Part shown: positions 52,455-64,000 of the stretch, piece by piece
Numbering within the stretch: the stretch's first letter is position 1
How the letters are laid out: the number at the start of each line of letters is the position of its first letter
Assembly: GCF_001194135.2 (NCBI RefSeq)
Contig: NC_068989.1
Span: 41,192,234 to 41,256,233 of the forward strand
Direction: 5' to 3'
From: Octopus bimaculoides
Taxonomy: Eukaryota
Length of the DNA stretch: 64,000 nucleotides
The notes under the pieces: model-generated
What the model saw: only the letters and a program-made list of their open reading frames with translations
Databases searched by the model: none
What the model was told of the DNA's origin: nothing
Translations under genes and position numbers: made by a program

Positions 52455-52871
52455 TGCTCTTGGCACAAGGCCTGGGATTTGGGGGGGGGGGAGAGCCAGT
52501 CGATTAGAACGACCCCAGTACACAACTGATACTTCATTTATCGACCCTGAAAGGATGAAAGGCAAAGTCAACCTTAGCGGAATTTGAACTCAGAACGTAA
52601 AGACAGATGAAATACTGCTAAGCATTTTGCCCAGCATGCTAACGTTTCTTATTTCTTTATTGCTTACAAGGGGCTAAACATTGAGGGGACAAACAGGGAC
52701 AGACAAAGGGATTAAGTCGATTACATTCACCACAGTGTGTAACTGGTACTTAATTTATCGACCCCGAAAGGATGAAAGGCAAAGTCGACCTGGACGGAAT
52801 TTGAACTCAGTACGTAACAGCTGACGAAATACCGCTAAGCATTTCGCCCGGCGTGCTAACATTTCTGCCAG
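52455..52871 (-). mobile_element. Two tandem SINE family A copies
   Basis: Two copies of ttatcgaccccgaaaggatgaaaggcaaagtc...ggaatttgaactcag; the second is close to the 34068 copy. Confidence 0.85.
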
Positions 52872-52942
52872 CTCGCCACCTTATACCCCTCAGATTGTGA
52901 AACTACAATACGTAAACAGTACCTCTCTCTCTCTCTCACTAT

Positions 52943-52980
<38 letters not shown>

Positions 52981-53759
52981 TACCTATATATATGTCTCTC
53001 TACACTGAAAGAGTGACTTGTAATCAAAGACAGAGTGCCAAGGAAGTGTGTCAACTGTATTGTACAATGTAGCTAGCTGCCTTACATAATAATGATCAGT
53101 TTACTGAAACATGTGTATATTTTATAAAGCTAAAATGCCATTTACACTGCGTGTGTGTGTGCATAGCCTAAAAGTTAAGTTGTTTGGCTTACAACCATAA
53201 TATCATGGCTTTCAATTACTGAGCTGCCCAGTCTATTCAGCTCAAAATAAGTATCAGCCAAGAGGTGGTGAGTGGTGGTACAGCTCTCTTTCCCTCCTGC
53301 TATTACACCCTAAATATGCTGGTGAGTCAAATGATGCAAGAGTCAGGAGGATATTTATGTCTGCTTGCAACTACAAACACACCTAAAACAATTAGCAAAA
53401 GCATGGTACATGTTACCAAGCCATAATCGATTGCAGATGACAGCTTTCTCATATCTATCTATCTATATATATANNNNNNNNNNNNNNNNNNNNNNNNNNN
53501 NNNNNNNNNNNNNNNNNNNNNNNNNNNNNNNNNNNNNNNNNNNNNNNNNNNNNNNNNNNNNNNNNNNNNNNNNNNNNNNNNNNNNNNNNNNNNNNNNNNN
53601 NNNNNNNNNNNNNNNNNNNNNNNNNNNNNNNNNNNNNNNNNNNNNNNNNNNNNNNNNNNNNNNNNNNNNNNNNNNNNNNNNNNNNNNNNNNNNNNNNNAT
53701 ATATATATATATATATAGACAGAGAGAGAGAGAAAGAGAGAGACATAGATATAGATATA

Positions 53760-54722
53760 CAAGGGGTGTTCCTTGGATATTTCCCCTGACCCACTTCCCA
53801 GGAAATGGGATAAACGAAACTTAGCATAATTATTAGTCCTTCTCTACATAGCCACCACCAAGGTCAAGGGTCAAACACTTCTCCCATCGCTTTATTCAGC
53901 TGTGCAGACCTCGTCTGTAGAAGTCAGTAGGTTGCATCTGGAGCCGAGACTTTATCTTGGAAATAAGTTCATCATCATCCGAAAAGTGCTTCCTCTTCAA
54001 AAAAAACTTCAAGGTTGGAAAGAGTTGGAAGTCAGACGGTGCAAGATCAGGAAAGTAAGGGGAATGAGGAAGGATTTCATAGCTGCAAGAGTGCGCTTTC
54101 ATCTTGGCAACATGTGCATTGTGACCTGGGGCATTGTGTTGGAGGAGGCAGATACCTTTGGTCAGCACGTCACACCTCTCTGCTTTGATGGTGTCCTGCA
54201 ATTTCTGCAGCAGAGAAGCATAATATGTCCCATTAATTGTGGTGTCCTTTGCCAGAAAACCCTACACTAATCTTCACTTCTTGGGCTAGTTGCCAAATGG
54301 CTATGTGGCGAGCCTCCAAATGGTGGCTTTCATTTTATGGATGGCATCGTCATCAATGGCAAAATGTAGTCATTTAGGAATAGAAGTTTCCACCAATGTC
54401 TGACTACATTTGAACTGGTGATGCCAGTGCTTAACTACATCGTATGATTGTGCATCATCATCATAAACTTCTTTCATTTCATCAAAACTCTCTTTTGGTA
54501 TATAACCTTTCAAGTATAAGGACCTGATCACTGATCTGCATTCAACCGCCTCCATTATAACACCTTAGTCCACTTCAGCGGCCATAAAAGACAAACGAAT
54601 ACTAGTGAAAAGCTGCAATTTACAATATGACATGTAGAGACATGTATGATTATACCTGTACAAGTTCTGTTTCTTGCAGTAATGGAAGTGGGTCAGGGGA
54701 AATCTTTAATGAGCACCCCTTG
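53760..54722 (-). mobile_element. Internally deleted mariner element
   Basis: About 39-bp TIRs caaggggtg...tttcccctgacccacttcc. Remnants MEAVECRSVIRSLYLKG and PHSPYFPDLAPSDFQLF. Confidence 0.9.
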
Positions 54723-54725
54723 TTT

Positions 54726-54784
<59 letters not shown>

Positions 54785-54839
54785 ATACACACATGCACAT
54801 ATATATACATAGATATACACACACACACACACACATATA

Positions 54840-56745
54840 TAGGGTGTGGTAAATATATTGTCATCTAAATTACACAAAAAGGAAAATAACAAATCTCATT
54901 TTAACAGATATATTTACCAAAATTACATTAAAATATCTTGAAATACTAAAGAGTAAATTTATTCAATACAATCACCATTGGTTTCAACCATGGCCTCCAG
55001 ACAACTTCAGAATCTCCTGCAACACTTCTGGACGGTCTCTTTGTTTAAGTTGGTAAATGCTGCCATAATCCTTGTCTTTTGTTGGTCTCTCACTCAACTG
55101 CAACCCGTACATAATAATCAAGGGGCTTGCAGTCTGGGGAAGCAATGAATTCCGGGTAGAGGTAGGGGTCCACCAAGGTTCCGTCCTCAGCCCCCTATTA
55201 TTTACCATAGTCCTCCAGGCAATCACAGAGGAGTTCAAGACAGGTTGCCCCTGGGAGCTCCTCTATGCTGATGACCTTGCCCTAATTGCGGAGTCACTAT
55301 CAGAACTAGAGGAGAAGTTTCAGGTGTGGAAGCAAGGTCTAGAATTGAAGGGCCTTAGAGTCAACCTAGCTAAAACCAAAATCCTAATAAGTAGGAAGGT
55401 AGATAAAACACAAACCCCTTCAGGTAGATGGCCCTGCTCAGTATNNNNNNNNNNNNNNNNNNNNNNNNNNNNNNNNNNNNNNNNNNNNNNNNNNNNNNNN
55501 NNNNNNNNNNNNNNNNNNNNNNNNNNNNNNNNNNNNNNNNNNNNNNNNNNNNNNNNNNNNNNNNNNNNNNNNNNNNNNNNNNNNNNNNNNNNNNNNNNNN
55601 NNNNNNNNNNNNNNNNNNNNNNNNNNNNNNNNNNNNNNNNNNNNNNNNNNNNNNNNNNNNNNNNNNNNNNNNNNNNNNNNNNNNNNNNNNNNNNNNNNNN
55701 NNNNNNNNNNNNNNNNNNNNNNNNNNNNNNNNNNNNNNNNNNNNNNNNNNNNNNNNNNNNNNNNNNNNNNNNNNNNNNNNNNNNNNNNNNNNNNNNNNNN
55801 NNNNNNNNNNNNNNNNNNNNNNNNNNNNNNNNNNNNNNNNNNNNNNNNNNNNNNNNNNNNNNNNNNNNNNNNNNNNNNNNNNNNNNNNNNNNNNNNNNNN
55901 NNNNNNNNNNNNNNNNNNNNNNNNNNNNNNNNNNNNNNNNNNNNNNNNNNNNNNNNNNNNNNNNNNNNNNNNNNNNNNNNNNNNNNNNNNNNNNNNNNNN
56001 NNNNNNNNNNNNNNNNNNNNNNNNNNNNNNNNNNNNNNNNNNNNNNNNNNNNNNNNNNNNNNNNNNNNNNNNNNNNNNNNNNNNNNNNNNNNNNNNNNNN
56101 NNNNNNNNNNNNNNNNNNNNNNNNNNNNNNNNNNNNNNNNNNNNNNNNNNNNNNNNNNNNNNNNNNNNNNNNNNNNNNNNNNNNNNNNNNNNNNNNNNNN
56201 NNNNNNNNNNNNNNNNNNNNNNNNNNNNNNNNNNNNNNNNNNNNNNNNNNNNNNNNNNNNNNNNNNNNNNNNNNNNNNNNNNNNNNNNNNNNNNNNNNNN
56301 NNNNNNNNNNNNNNNNNNNNNNNNNNNNNNNNNNNNNNNNNNNNNNNATCGTTGCCAGTGCCCCTGGACTGGCTTGTGCGGGTGGCACATAAAAGACACC
56401 ATTTCGAGCGTGGCCGTTTTCGTGCGGGTGACACGTAAAAGCACCCACTACACTCTCTGAGTGGCTGGCGTTAGGAAGGGCATCCAGCTGTAGAAACTCT
56501 GCCAAATCAGACTGGAGCCTGGTGTTGCCATCCGGTTTCACCAGTCCTCAGTCAAATCGTCCAACCCATGCTAGCATGGAAAGCGGACGTTAAACGATGA
56601 TGATGATGATGATGATGATGTAGTCACAGAAATTGTCTGACAGCCATGATTGGATTTTCCTGCTTGTGTAGCATGGTGCAAAGTCCTGTTGCCAGACATA
56701 GGGTCTTCCAGCAGCCACCCTCTTGACCCAGGGCAGAACTACAAG
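54840..56745 (-). mobile_element. maT-like (DD37D-type) Tc1/mariner remnant split by the RTE insertion (pieces 56620-56745 and 54840-55140)
   Basis: LPWVKRVAAGRPYVWQQDFAPCYTSRKIQSWLSDNFCDY on the right; SPDCKPLDYY...AAFTNLNKETVQKCCRRF*SCLEAMVETNGDCIE* on the left. Confidence 0.8.
55141..56619 (+). mobile_element. 5'-truncated RTE LINE with RT core (middle in a gap) and (GAT)n tail
   Basis: VGVHQGSVLSPLLF...WELLYADDLALIAES...KGLRVNLAKTK. The 3' UTR matches 34617-34800 and 37583-37790. Confidence 0.92.
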
Positions 56746-57007
56746 TCAACCCTGAACACTAATTGTACATATCTTCTCTGTTACATCATCAGATGGCCAT
56801 ATTATTTGAACTCTATGCATGTGTGTATTCTTTCTGAATTTGGGTAAATGTATATAGAATAATGTATCAGTTGAATAAAGATACATGGTCTGGTTTTTAC
56901 ATTTTTTATCATTGCATTTGAAAAAAAAAGTTTTTTACATTGTTGAAGTGTGTTAAACATTAAAACATATTCTGTAATGTTCATAAAGTTTAATTAGCAC
57001 TACATAC

Positions 57008-57065
57008 ATTTGTAGTAATCATCAGATTTCAAAATGTCTTTAACTGACAGCTGAGTTCTTGGCAA
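57008..57065 (-). CDS. Tentative exon LPRTQLSVKDILKSDDYYK
   Basis: cattttactacag|TTG...AAAT|gtatgt, 58 nt, only one frame open. Link to the main gene is unproven. Confidence 0.4.
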
Positions 57066-57341
57066 CTGTAGTAAAATGACTGGGGGGTGGGGGTGGGGTA
57101 TAAGATAGGAATTCAGAGATTTGTGTGTCTGTCACAGCTTATCCCCCCTTACAGATTCAGCCAATAGTGCACATAATAATCCAATCCAATACAGAGAAGT
57201 GTAATGCAAAGTGTCTATTCAGAAGAACTGATCAATGCAAATATTTCATGATGTGTATATAAACCAGAAAAGTTTGGAGGGATGAGAGATGAATATATAT
57301 TTATTTAATCACGTGACCTCCATGGGATTACAGTTGTTTCA

Positions 57342-57580
57342 CAACCTTCTTCATGTAGTATTAATTTCAGTGGAAGAAATTATACTTACATGTTTGCATT
57401 AATATGCATTCTCAGTATTGTACAATATAATTGCACATTCAGAAATTGGTTAGTGAATATACATGATATTTATTCATTTATGAATATGCAAATTTTATTG
57501 TATTATTCTGAGTATGCATATTAATGCAGACGTGTAAGCATAATTTTTACCACACTGAAATTAATACTACATGAAGGTTG
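57342..57580. repeat. Fold-back MITE-like element, about 100-bp arms, roughly 85% matched
   Basis: ttcatgtagtattaatttcagtg...gcattaatatgcat pairs with atgcatattaatgc...cactgaaattaatactacatgaa. Confidence 0.8.
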
Positions 57581-57688
57581 CTGAACAGCCAAACATAAGT
57601 ATGTTACATGTCTAAATAATTGTATATTCACCTCTCATAGCTCCTGACTTTTATGGTTTATGTGCCTCTCTTTATCTATCTATCTATA

Positions 57689-57749
<61 letters not shown>

Positions 57750-59239
57750 GTATATATATATGTATATATATATATATATATAAGTAAATAAAAGTGTACA
57801 GTATTATATATTCATTACAGCAAATCTTCCCAATCAGTTTCGCACTAGGGGTACAATGGAGTGTTAGGTAACAATCCGACTATGTAATTCTGTGCTCTTC
57901 AGAGGTAGCTGTTAGGAAATGAAATATGGTAACTGCTCTCTATTCTCTATGTATATGTATATATATATATGCATATATGCGTGTCCATTGTGCATGTATA
58001 AGTGTGTGGTGTGTGTGTGTGTGTGTGTGTGTACCATCATCAGCATCCCCAACACCATTTAACATCTGTTTTTCATGCTGGCATAAGTTAGATAGTTTGA
58101 AAGGAGTCAGCAAGCCAAAGGACAGCATGAAACCCAATTCCCAAATGTCTGTTTTGAGATGGCTTCTATGACAGGATGCCCTTCATAATGCAAATCACAT
58201 TATAATGTGTACTGGCTGTACTGTATGCTTCTTACATGACACTGGCACTAGCGAGATCATCAAGTAGCTTGCGAGACAAGGTGTATATAAGAGAATTGAT
58301 GTAAAGGTTTGGCCAGAATGAGGGGTCAATATGACTTCTGAACACTGATCACTCATATGAATGGGCACATATTTTGCAGAGGAAATCATTTTGCATGCAA
58401 GCGAATTCCTGCACACATCCACACAAAAAAAAAAATTGAGAAAACATTGCCCAGCAAACAAATAAATTCTTTAGACCTACCACCTCGACTGACTTATAAT
58501 GAAAATCTTATACTACACTTTCAATAACTATATTTTTTATGTTACTATAACTTTTGAAAGATTTATAATGCTAGCAAACCAGATTTCATGGTTATGTTAT
58601 TAGCACCAAGCTGACAAATAGATTAAATTATTTTTATTAAAAGTAACTTAAAAGAGAAAACACTACTTTTTTTCTGTTGAGGGCTTATATGCACCAATAT
58701 TAGGCTATTTCTTTAGTCATTACACAGTGATCACTTATAAGCTTTAATCTTATAAAATATTATTATCATTTACAGAATTGTTAAAGTTGACACTGCTTAC
58801 CAAAAACCATCGCACAAAAGAGAAATACTTGATATAGCAACATTGCAATACATCTCCTTCTTTCACACTGAGATCTATTTTTTTTTTGTCATTAGAAACA
58901 CAAAGAAAAATAGTGAAACATCGATAGAGTAACATTAGTTGGCATTCATTGATCCAAAGAGGAAATGCTGTGTACAAAGCCTATGAATGATGTCCAGAAA
59001 TAGAAGTAGATTATTCTGATTGAAGAGCTGAAAGTATGTTATACTGAAATACTGTTGTAGCATTGACTCTATACATACATTTGAATGTAACAGGGACCAA
59101 CTGGCCTTTGGCTGACTAGAACTAGTTTATTGATGAGTTAGGTATGTTGTGTTAAGCAGAGAATGTAATACAGTGTAAAAAGTCATTTTGGTTTTGTTCT
59201 TTAGGTTCAAAAAAATTATACAAGAATTGTGCATTGTAT

Positions 59240-59805
59240 ATTGGTTTCAAATTTTGGCACAGAGCCAGCAGTTTTAGGAAAGAGGAATGTCTGTTACATC
59301 AACTCCTGTATTCAACTGGTACATATTTCATTGACCTTGAAGAAATGAAAGGCAAAGTCAACTTCAGTGGAATTTGAACTCAGAATATGAAGATGGACAA
59401 AATGCCACTAAGTATTTTGCCCAATGTGCTACCAATTCTGCCAGGTCACCACCTTCAAGAATTATATTTGTAAATTAATAGCTATTAAAAAAAAGATAAG
59501 AAAATATAAGAAGCAATTCTGGCACAGCAAGATCAATGCTTTGTCCTAACTTGAGGTTTGACTAGTTAGCTTAATATAGCTGACAGAATAAATATTTGAA
59601 GAATAATTTCTGAAAAAGAATCAAAGCACAGTAACTGATACTGTTTCCAAATAATAAGTGAATATTAAGTAAATATATTTATTATGAATTGTACATAACT
59701 ACTAAGGTACTTTTTCATAGTAATGTAATATCACAATACATCTTTCATTATCTGTTAGAAAGCAATAAAGTCCTTCAGATTTATTTAAAGCCTAAACATA
59801 CATAC

Positions 59806-59840
<35 letters not shown>

Positions 59841-60250
59841 GTAATAATAATAATAATAATCCTTTCTATTGTAGGTACTCAATCACACTGACCCCAGTGT
59901 TCAACTGGTACTTATTTCATTGACCCCCGAAAGGATGAAAGGTAAAGTCAACCTCGACGGAATTTGAACTCAGAACATAAAGACAGGTGAAATATCGTAA
60001 AGCATTTTGCCCAGCGTGCTAACGATTCTGCCAGCTCACCCCCTTAATAATAATAATAATAATAATAGTACTTTTTACTATGGGCACAAAGCCTGAATTT
60101 TTCAGGGAGGGAGCAAGTTGATTACATCAACCCCCAATCAACCCTGAAAGGATGAAAGGCAAATTGACATTGGCTGAAATTGAATTCTGAACATAAGGGT
60201 GGACCAAACACCACCAAGCAATTTGTCCAACATGCTATCGATTCTGCCAG
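59240..60250 (-). mobile_element. Three SINE family A copies (about 59240-59455, 59870-60046, 60070-60250). Further diverged copies lie near 4010-4150, 5815-5990, 12664-12830 and 25400-25910.
   Basis: Shared aaggatgaaaggcaaagtcaac...ggaatttgaactcagaa core. Confidence 0.75.
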
Positions 60251-60664
60251 TTTGTTGCTTTAAAAAATAATAATAATAAAAAAAATGTGTGTGTGTGTGA
60301 CCACGCATACGTGCACGCATATAAAGTATTCATGCCAGCCTGAGTTGAGAGGAGCTCAGAGTATTTTGCTGCTAGTAGTACTCCTTTGTCACAATGCAAC
60401 AAAGAATAACCAACGCTAGATGCTTGCAGAGAGTCAATATCACCATCCATTCCTTTCTTTTTTGGCATGATCTACAGGCAGCTCTCTGGATAGTCAGCTC
60501 CTGCCAAACCATCCAACCCATGTGAGCTTAGAAAACAGACATTAAATGACAATAATACACACACACACACACACACACAGTAATATTGAATAGTGAGAAC
60601 GAGTGTTCAACACTGCATTGGCGGATAAATATTCATTATTTATGGATTAACAAGGCTACCTGTG

Positions 60665-61010
60665 AAGGGATATGGCTCAGTGGTTAAAGCATTGGGCTCA
60701 CAATCATTAGGTAGTGAATTTGATTCTTAGACCAGGTTGTATGTTGTGTTCTTGAGCAAAACACTTTATTTCATGTTGTTTCAGTTCACTCAGCTGTAGA
60801 AATGAGTTGCGACATTATTGGTGCCAAGCTGTATTAATGATTACCTTTCCCTTGGATAACATCAGTGGCGTGGAGAGGGGAGGCTGGTATGCATGGGCAA
60901 CTGCTGATCTTCCATAAAAAAAGTCTTGCCCGGACTCGTGCCTCAGAGGATAACTTCCTAGGTGCAATCCCATGTCATTCATGACTGAAGGAGGTCTTTA
61001 ACCTTTACTC
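60665..61010 (+). mobile_element. tRNA-headed SINE family B (long variant)
   Basis: tggctcagtggttaaag head; colinear with 28410-28745. Confidence 0.85.
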
Positions 61011-61292
61011 TAACAAGGTTACCGAATAGTTTCAGTAGAGAGAAAATTCTCAACAATTATCAAGCCTCCCACATGGGCATGTAAGAAGCTTGACAATATA
61101 TGGATGGACCGATGGACAGAGAGACAGGTAATAGCAGGCATAGCTGTGTGGTTGAGGTTTGCTTCCCAACCATACAGTTTTCAGTTCAATTCCAATGCAC
61201 ACCAACTTGGGCAAATGCCACGCATTGCAGCCCTGGGCCAACCAAAGTGCTGAAAGCGAATTTGGTAGGTAGAGACAAAAACAAAACTTGTC

Positions 61293-61366
<74 letters not shown>

Positions 61367-61685
61367 ATTTGCACACTTTGAAAATTATGAGCTAAGTACA
61401 ATGTGGTTGTTATTGTGTTTGTCAATAAATCATCCACTCACTTTGTGCCTTCAAGTGCAATTGAAATATGAGATCCCTTACTTATAAAACAGATAAAGGT
61501 TAGTTACAGGAAGGGCATCTGGCTTTCAAAGAATGGCTCAGTAATATATTACTCCAACCGCTGTTAACATGGAAAAAATGAATCTAAAATAAATTAACAA
61601 TATATATATATATATATGTATGCATGTAAGTGTACATGTGTATTAGCCTAACTCCTGCTAGTACAGGAAAAATGGACCCAAAACA

Positions 61686-61734
<49 letters not shown>

Positions 61735-61744
61735 TGGCAACTAC

Positions 61745-62070
61745 CTCGTTTTGTCAGATGATAGCCATCTCACATTCAGTCAAATTGTTCTGATTTACAG
61801 TTATCCTTGCATGTGCACAGATACGACTTTTTACCACTCATCCATCACCATAGGACTTTATATAATACAAAAGGGATCCAGAAATGAAATGAGGCGAGAC
61901 ATCTGTACATCACTGGATTCAGGTGACAAATGTTTGTACAAGACTTTTGCCACCCTCTCACTCACCACAGAAGCTTCCACTAGCAAATATTGCAAGATGA
62001 CCAGTGTCATTTTGACTGCAAGTTTTATGTCAGAATATCTTTCTCGGAGATCATACTCTGGTTTGTCATA
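61745..62070 (-). pseudogene. Decayed DNA-transposon protein C-terminus (possibly Academ/XPG-type with a Cys-rich tail)
   Basis: ERVAKVLYKHLSPESSDVQMSRLISF followed, after a frameshift, by LCTCKDNCKSEQF. Many stops. Confidence 0.35.
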
Positions 62071-62368
62071 ACTGAATAAGGACTACACTCTCAATGAGAT
62101 CCTAAGTATCACTCTTTAAACTGTCCAATGAATGGACACACACACACACACACACACGACAAGTTTTGTTTTTGTCTCTACCTACCAAATTCACTTTCAG
62201 TACTTTGGTTGGCCCAGGGCTACAGTGGGTGGTATTTGCCCAAGTTGGTGTGTATTGGAATTGAACTCAGAACTGTATGGCTGGGAAATAACAGATTGGA
62301 GATTTTTTTCAGGTTTAATAAAACCATACCACCTTGTTTTGCATTTATGTGCATACTTGTGTGTGTCC

Positions 62369-62407
<39 letters not shown>

Positions 62408-62560
62408 AATATACAATTTAAATATACAATTTAACATCACTCTTAAAAGTTAAGAACAAAGTTACATATAAAGTTTATTTCTCAGCCCATGGAGAGATAA
62501 AACTGTAATGTAACAACTTGGCTTACTATTTACAGGGTTTATTATTGTGCTTCTTTAAAG

Positions 62561-62703
62561 CAGGCATGGGAAACCTTTTATGAGAAGCAGACCATGAGAC
62601 AGGGCTTATCATCAGGTGAGCGATAATACTAAAAACATTCAAGGTAATTTTTCATTGGTGAGCCATTCAGAGAGTATCATGAGCCACAATTTGCCCATGA
62701 ATG
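62561..62703. mobile_element. hAT-like non-autonomous element; related left end at about 50703-50790
   Basis: caggcatggg(c/a)aacc terminus and a ttgcccatg inverted end. About 90 nt is shared with the 50703 region. Confidence 0.45.
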
Positions 62704-64000
62704 ATTTAAAGTTTAACCTCCAACTCAAAACTATCGTCGTCATTATTTTCCATCCACTTTTCAAACTGGTATGGGTTGGATGGGTCGCCATAGTCAGAGT
62801 TAGTACATATTCTTGATTATTGCTCACCAAGATGGGTCAGAAAGACTTTATCGTGCTTGTGTTTCCTTTATAGCATAGTTTGTTTGGTTGGATGTTCTTA
62901 ACACCAACTACATTAGTGTGTACTGGGTGTGTTTTTCTTCATAGCACCATCACTAGAGAGGTGTCATGTCCCCAACAAGACAAAAAAGGGACCTCAGAGA
63001 AATGAACAATTAGTTTGAAAGATGATATTAGGATCTCATTCACAGTGTATGGCCCCATTCAGAATGTAGCCCTTATTCAGTTATGACAAACTGGAGCATG
63101 CAAACATTGATAAGTTTGTTTTGTTTTTTTTTTGTTTTTTTTTGCTTTTATTTGTTTTGGGGATTCTTTAGGGTTTTTTTTTATCATCAACTAATCACAT
63201 TTAACCCTTTTAATACCAGCCTAAGATAGAAACTTTCTGTTTTAAAATGATAGAAATTAAGTCCTGCCAACATAATTTTTATGTCAATTTTATGTTCCAA
63301 ATACTAGGTTAATAATGACAGTTAGCTTACTAAATTTTTCTTTATATTTCAAAAATAATTGCAACAAAGGCAGTATATTTCAGCAGAGATATGATAACAA
63401 AAGTGTTAAAAATTGATCCAATATTTGGGGGGGACCCTAACACTACCTGACAAAAACAGAACAAAAAATATACAACAATGAAAAAAAATGAAAATATAAT
63501 TACAGTTAATACCATAGGTGTGTATGAGGAAGAAATTGAAGGTGATTAAGGGATCAAGCATAAATGTCTAGACATCACCATCTTGTAAGGACAACTCAAG
63601 GATATAAAAATGATTTTGAGGGAATCAGAACAAGTTAACGTCATATTGTTTTGATACACACTGATTTCAGTCATATTGAAAGCCTTGATTCATTTCTTGA
63701 GAAGTTGTAAGATGTGGTGACTTTCATGCAATTTCAAAGAGCTTGCAGGATTTTTGTGTGACCGAAGTGAAGTGGTTCTGGCTTGAAACTGAAACCAGGT
63801 ATTGAAAATTCGGTTCGCCAAAAATTAATGGCTATATCACAGTAGTTGCCATAATACACCCACATGTACCTGTATGTTTGTGTGTATATTTATATACATA
63901 TAAACATGTGTGTGTGTATGTATGTGTATGAGTGTGTGTGTTCATGCACACATGTGTTTGTGTATAAATTAGTGATAACATTACACAAAGTATAAATAGA

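Noticed and set aside
14789-57600. Long ORFs of 200-460 aa in the supplied track (for example 14995-16014, 35400-36451, 43805-44958, 47349-48469, 55320-56541)
   Set aside because: They are made of N-gap X runs plus YI/CV/HT dipeptides from microsatellites. Only the embedded exon or RTE parts are real.
58801-58980. SH3-like DLSVKEGDVLQ...RWFL followed by a strong donor G|GTAAGC
   Set aside because: The nearby acceptors are preceded by an A-run, the ALYDY-type start is misplaced and no G-x-x-P exon follows. It may be an exon in another frame (MLLYQVFLFCAMVF), but this is unsupported.
60235-60468. ORF MPKKKGMDGDIDSLQASSVGYSLLHCDKG... as a first coding exon
   Set aside because: It runs into microsatellite and SINE sequence, has no convincing donor and shows no recognisable homology.

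Overview
AT-rich, gappy (about 5 kb of N) metazoan genomic DNA. The SINE/LINE/microsatellite content looks cephalopod (octopus-like); that is an inference from repeat style, not a database hit. There are no prokaryotic features. One minus-strand host gene runs through the window. Seven phase-compatible exons (39349 to 14789) encode its C-terminal 253 aa: a Trp/Cys-containing segment, a coiled coil, a C2H2 zinc finger and a terminal Rab11-FIP-type Rab-binding-domain (FIP-RBD)-like motif. Its 5' exons could not be fixed with confidence. The rest is intron or intergenic sequence packed with two tRNA-headed SINE families, RTE LINE fragments, an RLE-type LINE end, Penelope-like remnants with hammerhead ribozyme motifs, mariner/Tc1/maT remnants, piggyBac-like MITEs, fold-back elements, a 1.6-kb degenerate minisatellite and many microsatellites. 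Best leads: (1) the zinc-finger plus FIP-RBD architecture, with a tandem splice donor that could switch off the RBD; (2) two inverted type I hammerhead motifs in a mini-Penelope element; (3) a twin-priming 5' inversion in an RTE-clade LINE. All calls were made by eye without alignment tools.
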